A stretch of 64,000 bases of DNA from the human T2T-CHM13v2.0 reference genome, Homo sapiens: NCBI RefSeq assembly GCF_009914755.1, contig NC_060927.1. One strand, 5' to 3'. Positions 12,169-23,568 of the stretch are shown here, one piece after another. Made by a program: the position numbers and the translations under genes. Below the pieces are notes generated by a model. That model saw nothing but the letters and a program-made list of their open reading frames with translations, had not been told where the DNA came from and ran no database searches. How positions within the stretch are numbered: the first letter of the stretch is position 1; every line of letters starts with the position of its first letter.

Positions 12169-12519
12169 TATAGAATTGGCTTATGTGATTATGGAAGCTA
12201 AGAAGTCTGATAATCTGTAATCTATAAGCTGGAGAACCAGGGAAGCCAGTGATGGTTGAACTTTCCAGCCTGTCTGGCACTTGCATGCAGTCAGGTCCAT
12301 ATATGTTGCATTGAGTTAGCATCACATATAAATAGAATCTGGACATGTCTCAATTTTCCTGGTCTCTGTGATGACTTACTTAAACATGACTTCTCATATT
12401 GTTTCCCTACCAATTCCTATATATATATGGAGAGAGAGAAGGGGGGAAAGAGAGATTCTGTGTCTCTGGAGTAGCCTAATACAATGGAAAAGAGACACTA
12501 TAGGGAGGCTAGCAAAGGG
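11062..12519. repeat. Complex inverted duplication/triplication A-B-C-A-B'-A'-C'
   Basis: 11062-11665 is the reverse complement of 11828-12420, and 11665-11827 is the reverse complement of 12357-12519. ORF pairs 11136+ / 12161- and 11710- / 12256+ have near-identical translations. Confidence 0.97.
11226..12483 (+). mobile_element. MLT2 LTR 3' end split by the inverted complex (pieces 11226-11313 and ~12410-12483)
   Basis: 'cactggcttccctagttctccagctt...ccataatcacataagccaattctataat' and 'gattctgtgtctctggagtagcctaataca' are adjacent parts of the MLT2 3' terminus. Compare the intact MLT2s at 12774 and 14938. Confidence 0.8.
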
Positions 12520-12773
12520 ACCATTAAAAAATAATTCCACACTAAATCTGTAAATACTGAAAAAGTGTCTGGGAAGATCAGGGCATGAACTACAAGGAAG
12601 AGATCTCAAAGTATGTATGTTGAAAGGCGTGTCATCTAAAGGAGTGGCATAATTTAAAGAACAGACTCTTGAAGTGACTTAAAGGGTCACTCTTCAAAAT
12701 GCATAATTTAGGGGGTAAGAGTAGGGAAAAAAAACAAAATAGAAGCTAGAGATATCCTTTGGTAATTGGATAG

Positions 12774-13120
12774 TATGATGGCTAATTTTATGTGTCAACT
12801 TGGCTGGGCCACATGCCCAGATATTTGGTCAAAAACTATTGCAGATGTTCTGTGAAGATGTTTTTTGGATACAACTAACATTTAAATAACTGGACTTTTG
12901 GTACATATTACCACCCATAGTGTGGGTGAACCTCATCCAATCAGCTGAAGGCTTTAATAAAATGAAGACTGATCTCCCTCAAACAAGAAGGAATTCTGCC
13001 AACAGAGTGCCCTTGGGCTTGAACTACAACTCTTCCTGGGTCTGCAGCCTGCAAGCCACCCCTGTCAGATTTTAGACTCACCAGACTTCCACAATCACAC
13101 TGACTGATTCCTTAAAATCC

Positions 13121-13167
<47 letters not shown>

Positions 13168-13234
13168 ATCTATCTATCTGTCTACATCCTGTTGATCTGT
13201 TTCTCTTTTCCTCTGGAGAGCCCTGCCTGATAGA
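12774..13234 (+). mobile_element. MLT2 (ERVL) solo LTR with internal (TATC)n
   Basis: Start 'tatgatggctaattttatgtgtcaacttggctgggc', end 'ctctggagagccctgcctgataga', TATC run 13120-13180. Confidence 0.85.
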
Positions 13235-13849
13235 GATGCTAAAGAGAAAACAGAAAAAAAGGGGAAGTTTAGGGTCTTAGCACAATTAAACTGTAAGATG
13301 TGAGGACTCACCCACCTTTCCCCACCAAAGAAATAAGCAAACAAATGAACAGAAAACCTTACTAAAGTATCTAGACTGTGCTATACTGACAGAAAAGGGT
13401 GCCGTTAAACTAAGAATCTTGTAAAATTACCCCAATACCATAAAAAATGAACAAAGGGGAAATAAAATCCATAAATAAAATCCAAATAAGATCTTAAAAA
13501 GATGGTGTTTTAATACATATATATAAACAGAAGAAAATGTACCCCCCAAAAAAATCATGAAGCAGAAGAAAACTATAAGCCAATAACCTAGAATAATTGT
13601 GCTCAAGCATTTGAAGATATAAAAACCACCTTAAATCAGAAATTCAAAACTCACAGAAATGAACAAAAAAGAAAATAAAAAGCAAAGCAAAATGAAATGA
13701 CAACTAACTGAACTCCAGAAATAACTAAGAAAAAGTCAAAAATATTTCAGATAATAAAGAATAAATTACAGGGTGCCAAAAAGAGAGAATAAACTGAAAT
13801 TATATTTTTCATATGGGACATAAAAGAAAGACAGGAAATAACCAAAATG

Positions 13850-13936
13850 GTTACAGTCAGACCACCCTGAAAGTGCTCAATCTCATTTGATTTCAGAAGC
13901 TAAGCAGGATCAAACCTGGTTAGTATTTGGATGAGA
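13850..13936 (+). pseudogene. 5S rRNA retropseudogene, 3'-truncated (~nt 1-87)
   Basis: 'tacagtcagaccaccctgaaagtgctcaatctcatttgatttcagaagctaagcaggatcaaacctggttagtatttggatgaga' is colinear with human 5S rRNA. Changes are mostly CpG decay. TSD-like aaataaccaaaatg / aaataatcaaaagg. Confidence 0.92.
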
Positions 13937-14937
13937 ATAAATAATCAAAAGGTTAAAAATGACATAAAGAAAGAGGTAAAAAGAATCAGAGAGAAAGTCC
14001 TATGAATGGAAGACAGGCCAAGAAGGAATAATATTCCAATTATCAGAGTCTCTAAGAAGATAAATAAAAAAATGGAAGAGTGCTAATATTTAAAACTATA
14101 AGAAAATGTTTCAAAAATAGAAAAAGACCCAAATCTCCAAACTTTTCAATGTCAGATAGTTCCAGTGCCCCATAAGATATTCCAGAGTATTACAAAGAAA
14201 GGAAAACTCTGTAACTCCTTTTATGAAGCAAGTGTAACTTATATTAAAACCAAATAAAGTATTTTTTTAAAACTAGCAATCAGTACCATTCATGAATACC
14301 AGTCCAAAAATACTAAATAAAATATTAACAAATCCATTTCAGTACCACAAAAATATACCATGACCAAGTGGGGTTTATTTCAGGAATATTAGATTGGTCC
14401 AATATAAGAAAATGTATTAATATATAACATATTAATGAACCCAGGAAACAAATGATGTGATTATCTCCATAGATGCTGAGAAAGTGTTAGACAAAATTCA
14501 AGGCCCATTCATAATTAAAATATTCAGGAAAACAGAAATTGAGAGATACTTTCTTATCACAATAAAGAGAGATATATATGCCTTAGGGCAATGCCACCTC
14601 AGTAGCAATGAGCACAGCTAGTACCCAGATTTTGATTTCTAAATACCACTCTCCAAGTAGGCAAAAGTTTGAGAAGAAACAAAATATTAGCATAGTCACA
14701 AAGAATTTCCATCCAGATATTTAAAATTACAGTGGAGAAAACAATAACTTTACAGTAGAGAAACATCACAAGTACCACCTTATTGCTTGGTACAAGTAAT
14801 CAAGGTTAACATTTCCAATAGCAGCATATTAGCAAATCAAGTACCTCCTGATGTACACTAGGAATGAAAAAAATCATTTCTGTTGTATTCTTGCCGTAAA
14901 GCCATAACCTCAAGCTAATCATGAGAAAATATCAGGC

Positions 14938-15436
14938 TGTGATTGTTAATTTTATTTATCCACTTGATTGGGCCATGGGGTGCCCAGATATTTAGTCATA
15001 CATTATTCTGGGTGTTTCTGTGAGGGTGTTTCTAGATGAGATTAGCATTTAAATTGACAGATTGAGTCAATTTAATGGAGGGAAGCAAATTTCCCTCCAT
15101 AATGTAGGTGGCCCTCATTCAATCAGTTAAAGGTCTGAATAGAACAAAAAGTTGACCCTCTCTGAGTAAGAAAGAATTCTCCTGCTTTATGGCCTTCAAA
15201 CTAGATTATCAGCACTTCCTTTGAACTGGAACATTAGCTCTTCCTTATTCTACAGCAGCTCCCAGCCTTCAGACTCAAACTGAGAAATCAGCTCTGCAGA
15301 TTTTAGACTTTCCAGTTTCCGTAACTGTATGAGTCCATTTCTTCTAATAAATATTTTTGTAGGGGTGTGTGTGTGTATGCACATGCACACTAATGTGCTG
15401 TTGGTTCTATATTTATGTAAAACTTCAACTAATACA
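14938..15436 (+). mobile_element. MLT2 (ERVL) solo LTR
   Basis: tgtgattgttaattttat... to ...caactaataca. 5-bp TSD caggc/caggt. Confidence 0.88.
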
Positions 15437-18400
15437 CAGGTAAACTCAAATTAAAAGACATTCAACAAAATAACTTACCAGTACTCCAAAGGTATCAGGA
15501 TCGTGAAAGATAAGAAAAAAGAGAAAATTTCAGATGGAATAAAACTAAGGAAGCACACAACTAAATGCAATGCAGTATCCTATATTAGATACTGGGAACA
15601 GAAAGAGGGCATTAGAGAGAAAACTGATAAAATTCAAATAACATCTATAGTTTAGTTAATACTATTGTACCAGTGTCAACTTTCTGATTTTGATCATTGT
15701 TACATCATTATATAAAATGTTAAACATTAGAAAAGGTGAACGCTACACAATAACTTGTTTTGCAATATTTTTGTAAGTTTAGCCATACTTCAAAATTAAA
15801 AGTTTAGAATTTATATATAGGTTTTTATACTTATCATTTGGTAATAGATAAGAGTCTAATTGGCAGCCATTTGTTCTACCTTTCTATATATACATTTTAA
15901 CTAACTGAAAAGGTGTAATTTGGGAGGAGAGTGCCCTGTGTGAGTTGTCTTGACCCTAGAGAGGTATATGGCAAGCCAACACTATAATTGCCGTATACAG
16001 AAGACAAAGGCTATATAAAGGTAGGCACAGGATCTTTAATAAAGCAAATGCAAAAGGGCAGTAAAACAACACAAAGGAAGAAGGGCAGAGAAAGCTTCCC
16101 AAAAGAGGAAAAAGAAGCGTGTATTAAAAAGCCTAGGGCTTAGAATGCAGATGATGGTTTCCCTGGACAGTTCTAGCATAGCATTATAAATTCAAATCCT
16201 GCCGGTGCCAAGACAGGAATCTAAATGTACTCCTAGTGAAAGACAATAGGAAATGAGGGAATTTGAGAAGTAGACCATCCACATCTATATAAAGGTATTC
16301 AAATATTTAGTCTTTAAACTGTGAAGGCATCTGGATTTGGTCTCTGACTCACTAGTTTTCAATCCATGGTAGGCTCTAGAGTTTAAGCGAGAAGGCAAAT
16401 GGATTTTGAGATGTCTGTTCAGCCCATCATAAGATGAGAATGTAGACCAGGATTACAGACAAAAACCCAGTTTAAAACTAAAATATTTATATTGTATGAG
16501 TTTTGGAAATAAGATCATAGGCCCAGAATATTTTGAAGTATGGCTCTGTCCATTGAATTAAAATCTGAATTCAGGAAGGAATGGGTGGGGGTAATTATCA
16601 GACTTCTGCAAAATCTCTCACCTCAAACTTTAACACAGAGGCAGAGCAAGATGGCCACATAGGAGTCTTTACTAATTGTCCTCCCAGCAAGAACACCAAA
16701 TTGAACAACTATCCACAAAAAAAAAGCACCTTTATAGGAACCAAAAATTATATGAGTGACCACAGTATCTGATTTTAACTGTATATCACTGAGAAAGACA
16801 CTGAGGAGAGTAGGAAAGAAAGTCTTGAATTGCCAATGCCACCCCTCCCCTATCCCCTACCCCTACTCCCACCCTGTGTAGCAGCTGCATGGTATGGAGA
16901 GAGAATCTGTGTGCTTGGGGGAAGAAGAGTGCAGGGATTGTGGGAATTTGCATTGTAACTCAGTGCTGCTCTGCCAGAGTGGAAAGCAACACAGGGCAGA
17001 ACTCAGCCAGCATCCATAAAGGGAGCATTTAGACCAGTTCTAGCCAGAGGGGATCACCAATCCCAGTGGTCAGAATCTGAGTTTTGGCAAGCCTCACTAC
17101 TGCGAGTCAAGGGCTCTTAGGTCCTAAATAAACTCAAAAGGCAGTCTAAGCCACAAGGACTGTAATTCCTGGGCAAATCCAGATGCTGTGCCGGACTCAG
17201 AATCAGTGGACTTAGGGGACCTGCAATCTAATGAGATACCAGCCAGGGTGATCAAGACATGCGTGCACCACCCCTCCCACAACTCCAGGCAACACAGCTC
17301 ACAGCTCCAGGAGAGAATCCTTCCTTCTGCTTGGGGAGAGAGGAAGGGAGATTTCATAAAGAGGGCTTTGTCTTCCGACTTAGGTACCAGCTAAGCCACA
17401 GTAGGATAGGGCACCAGGTGGAGTCCTGAGGCCCCCATTTCAAGCCCTAGCACCCAGATGATGTTTCTGGACATACCCTGACCCAGAAGGAACCTGTTAC
17501 CTTGAAAGGAAGGACCCAGTCCTGGTAGCATTCATCACCTGCTGAGTAAAGACTATTTGGGCCCTGAATTATTAGCAATGGTAAAAAAAGGTAGTACCTA
17601 CCATGGGAGGTAGGTGAGACTCTGAGACTTCATGGCTTCAGATGTGACTCAGCACATTCCAAGCTGTGGTAGAGTTGGGGAGAGACTCTGCTTGAGAAAA
17701 GGAGAGGAAAGATAAAAGGGTACTCTGTCTTGCATCTCAGGTACCAGCTCAGCCACAGTAGGGTAGAGAACCAAGTGGGCTCTGGAGCTCCCCAAATCCA
17801 ACCCTTCGTCCTTGGATGGCATTTCTGGACCTGACCCAGGTCAGAGAGGAGCCAAGTGACCTGAAGGCAGATTCCCAGACCACAAGCTAACTGAAGAGCG
17901 CTTGGCCTTGAGTGAATATTGGTGGTAGCCAGGAGGTACCTGTCATGGGCCTGGGGCAGTGGTGGCCATGTGGGAAGACCCCTCTGCTTGTGGAAAGAGG
18001 AGGGAAGAGTGAGAAGGACATTGTCTTGTGACTTGGGTGCAAGCTCAGCTGTAAAAGAATAGCACTGGGAAGATTAGTAAGGTTTCTGACTCATCTCTGG
18101 ACCCACCTGAGAGTAGGGCGAACTCACTGCCCTGAAGGGAAAGACACAAGCCTAGCTGACTTCACAGCCTGCTCACTATAGAGCCCTAGGGACTTAAGCA
18201 AACATAAGTGGTAGCCAAGTAATTGTTACCACAGGCCTTGGGCGAGACCCAGAGCTGTACTGGCTTTGGGACTGATCCAGCACAGTCCCAGTGGTAGTGG
18301 CCACAGGAATATTTGAGTCACCACTCCCCCAGCACCAGACAGCTCAGCACAGAGAGAGAGAGAGACTTTGTTTAGGGAAAAAGAAGGAAAGAGAACAAGA

Positions 18401-19196
18401 GTTTCTGACTGGTAATCCAAGGAATTCTCCTGGATCGTACCCAACACTGCCAAGGTGGTCATTCTATGAGTCTATAAAAGTCACAGTGTTACAAGGCTTG
18501 GGATGCCCTCTAATGCACATATGGCTACAATAACCGAAGACTTAGATAACAACAATCAATTCCCTTTTAATACTTGGAAAGACTTCCAAAGAAGGATCAG
18601 TACAAACAAGTCCAGACTGTGAAGATTACGATAAATACCTGACTCTTCAATACCCAGACATCAATGAACATCCACAAGCATCAAGACTATTCAGCAGGAA
18701 AACATGACCCAAACAAACTAAGTAATGTACCAAGGGCCAATGCTGGAGAGACAGAGATATATGACCTTTCAGACAGAATTCAAAATAGCAGTGTTGAGGA
18801 AACTAAAAGAATTTAAGATAACATAAAGAAGGAATTCAGAATTCTATGAGATAAATTGAACAAAGACATTGAAATAATTAAATAGAATCAGCCAGAAATT
18901 CTGGAGCTGAAAAATATAATTGACATACTGAAGAATGCCTCACAGTCTCTTGACAGCAGAATAACTCAAACAGAGGAAAGATTTAGTAAGCTTGAAGACA
19001 AGCTATTTGAAAATACACAGAGGAGACAAAAGAACAAATAAAAGAATAAAGCATGCCTACAACATTTGCAAAATTGTCTCCAAAGGGCAAATCTAAGAGT
19101 TATTAGCTTTAAGGATGAGGCAGAAAAAGAGATGGGTAGAAAGTTTATTCAAAGGAATAATAACAGAGAACTTCCCAAACCCAGAAAAAGATATCA

Positions 19197-20426
<1,230 letters not shown>

Positions 20427-21046
20427 TCAAGAAATTTAGTAATTAATCTTCCAAAGATCAAGGATAAACAAAGGATCATAAAGGCAGCAAGAGAAAAGAA
20501 ACAAATAATGTACAATAAAGCTGCAGTGCATCTGGACAGCAGACTTGTCAGTGGAAACCTTAAACGCCAGGAGAGAGTGGCATAACATATTTAAAATGCT
20601 GAAGGAGAAAAAACTTTTACCCTAGAATGGTTGAACCAGTGAAAATATCCTTAGAACATGCAGGAGAAACAAAGACTTTCCCAGACAAACAAAAGCTGAA
20701 GGATTTCATAAACACTAGACTTTTGTATTAAAAAAATGCTAAAGGGACTTCGTCAATCTGAAAGAAAAGGACTATTAATGAGCAATAAAAATCATGAGGT
20801 ACAAAACTCACTGGTAATAGTAAGTATATAGAAGAACACAAAATATTACAACACTGTAATTGTGGTGTATAAACTACTCATATCTTAAGTAGAAAGAATA
20901 AAAGATGAACTGCTCAATAATAATCACTAAAGCAACATTTTAAGACATAGAGAGTAGAATAAGATATAAATACAAATAATAAAAAGTTAAAAAGCATGGA
21001 GATTAAGTTAAAATGTAGAGTTGTATTAGTTTTCTCTTTGCTTGTA

Positions 21047-21984
21047 CCTGAAACCAGCAAGTCTCAGAGGCTTATGAAGGCCCTTGAGGTAGTATTTATC
21101 TATTGTTGTTGGTTATTCAGCGCCCAAGGGCCCCTCAGTTAGCGGATGATAAATGCTGTCAGGACTGAGTCCTTTCTTTCAAGAGAGCGAGTTCCCTTCT
21201 GTCCCAGGTTGTGTCTAGAAATGTTGTCTGGGAGCTAGGGCCTGGAATGGGGCCCTAATGACTCTGACTGGTGCCTTATCCTGCTGTGGCTGAGCTGGTA
21301 TCCAAGATGCAAGACGAAGTCCTCCCTACTCTTCCCTCTTCTCTCCTCAAGCAGAAGGAAGTGGTCTGTTTTGGAGCTGTGAGCTGTGCCTCCAAGGGTT
21401 AGAAGAGGGGTTATGCCAGCACTCTTTTGACTGCCCCAGCTGCTGTCTCAGTTTGTCATGGGCCCATCTAGTCCACTATCTCTGGGCCTATTTCAGCCCT
21501 AGGACTCGCCTAAGAGTTGCAGTCATTTAGGCCTAGACTGCCTTTCAAGTTTACTTTGAGACCAAGAGCATTTTGGCCCTTGGTGGCAAGGTTTGCAGGA
21601 ACTGAAGGTCAGACTGCTGGGATTGGCAATTCCCCTCTGGCTAAGGTTTAAATGCTCTTTCTGTGGGTGGGCATTAGCTGAGTTTGGTCTGGTTTTCCTT
21701 TCTGCTCTGGCAGAACAGCACTGAGTTCAATGCCTCACAGTTGTTGTGTTTTCCCTCCCCCAACCCCCAGAGATGCTCTCTGCACCATGCCAGTGCTGCT
21801 GGGGGTTGCAGAAGGGTAGTGTTGGCAATTCAGGACAGTTTTTGCTATTTCTTCAGTGCCTCTTTCAGTGATATGAAGTTTAAACCAGGTACTATAGGTA
21901 CTATGAGTGCTCACCTGCTTTTGGTTCTTATGAAGGTGTTTTTTCTGTGTAGATAGCTGTCAACTTGGTGTGTTTGTGTGTGTG

Positions 21985-22017
<33 letters not shown>

Positions 22018-22084
22018 ATAACAGGGGAGCTTTCTATTCTGCCACCTAAAGATGCCACCTAGTCTGCCATTTTGCTCTGCCTCC
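21047..22084 (-). mobile_element. inverted L1MA-type 5' UTR fragment with an internal (TG)n
   Basis: Ends 'gccattttgctctgcctc', the reverse complement of the L1 5' start seen at 16638. 'aaaccaggtact...tcacctgctttttggttcttatgaaggtg' mirrors ~16728-16790. Confidence 0.85.
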
Positions 22085-22487
22085 CAATTTGCATCTATTG
22101 AACCATCAGGGTGCAAGTGCTCTTCATGCATCCCTGGGATACATCCTAGTTGGTCATGATGAATGATCTTTTCAATATGCTGTTGAATTCGATTTGGTAG
22201 TATTTTGTTGAGGATTTTTGCATCAATGCTCATCATGGATATTGGCCTATAGTTTTCTTTCTGCAGCTCTTGGATAAAATGTTCTGTAAATAACTATTAG
22301 GCCTATATCAAAAAATAGAGGAGGATGGAATACTTCTAAACTTATTCTATGAGGCCAACACTACCCTGTTACCAAAAACAGACAAAGACACATTATAAAA
22401 AGAAAACTATAGACCAGTATGTCTGATGAATATTGATGCAAAAAATCCTCAAAAAAATACTAGCAAACCGAATTTAACAATACATTA

Positions 22488-23568
22488 TGTTGCGGGAAGT
22501 CAGGGACCCCAAACGGAGGGACCGGCTGAAGCCATGGTAGAAGAACATGGATTGTGAAGATTTCATGGACATTTATTAGTTCCCCAAATTAATACTTTTA
22601 TAATTTCTTATGCCTGTCTTTACTGCAATCTCTAAACATAAATTGTGAAGATTTCATGGACACTTATCACTTCCCCAATCAATACCCTTGTGATTTCCTA
22701 AGCCTGTCTTTACTTTAATCTCTTAATACTGTCATCTCATAAGCCGAGGAGGATGTATGTTGCCTCAGGACCATGTGATAATTGCATTAACTGCACAAAT
22801 TGTAGAGCATGTGTGTTTAAACAATATGAAATCTGGGCACCTTGAAAAAAGAACAGGATAACAGCAATTGTTCAGGGAATAAGAGAGATAACCTTAAACT
22901 CTGACCGCCGGTGAGCCGGGCAGAACAGAGCCATATTTCTCTCCTTTCAAAAGCAAATGGGAGAAATATCACTGAATTCTTTTTCTCAGCAAGGAACATC
23001 CCTGGGAAAGAGAATACGCGCTTGGGGGTATAGGTCTATAGACGGCCCCCCTGGGCGTGCCTGTCTTTTATGGTCTGTAGACTGTAGGGGTGAAATAGAC
23101 CCCAGTCTCCCATAGTGCTCCCAGGCTTATTAGGAAGAAGAAATTCCTGCCTAATAAATCTTGGTCAGACTGGTTGCTCTCAAAACCCTGTCGCCTGATA
23201 AGATGTTATCAATGACAATGGTGCCCGAAACTTCATTAGCAATTTTAATTTCACCCCGGTCCTGTGGTCCTGTGATCTCGCCCTGCCTCCACTTGCCTTG
23301 TGATATCCTATTACCTTGTGAAGTACTTGATGTCTGTGACCCACACCTATTTGCACACTCCCACCCCTTTTGAAAATCCCTAATAAAATCTTGCTGGTTT
23401 TTGTGGCTTGTGGGGCATCACGGAACCTACCGACATGTGATGTCTCCCCCGGATGCCCAGCTTTAAAATTTCTCTCTTTTGTACTCTGTCCCTTTATTTC
23501 TCAAGCCGGCCGATGCTTAGGGAAAATAGAAAAGAACCTATGTGAATATCGGGGCAGGTTCCCCAATA
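22488..23568 (+). mobile_element. MER11 solo LTR (HERV-K11/HML-8)
   Basis: Start tgttgcgggaagtcagggacccc, end ggggcaggttccccaata, 1081 bp. Perfect 6-bp TSD ACATTA at 22482-22487 and 23569-23574. aataaa at ~23382. Confidence 0.92.

Larger units (their letters stand above)
13250..15810 (+). mobile_element. fragmented old L1M (ORF1, ORF2 pieces, L1MC-like 3' end), interrupted by the 5S pseudogene and an MLT2
   Basis: ORF2-like 'ccatgaccaagtggggtttatttcaggaat', 'atctccatagatgctgagaaag'. L1MC-like 3' UTR 'agcaatgagcacagctagtacccagat', 'ctaaatgcaatgcagtatcct'. Confidence 0.7.

Noticed and set aside
11136-12553. Pairs of near-identical small ORFs on opposite strands (toxin-antitoxin-like or paralogue appearance)
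   Set aside because: By-product of the inverted duplication of MLT2-derived non-coding DNA; no coding signature.
22040-22070. CTCF-like motif (actaggtggca on the - strand)
   Set aside because: Partial match only, produced by a local ctgcca duplication at the inverted L1 5' end.
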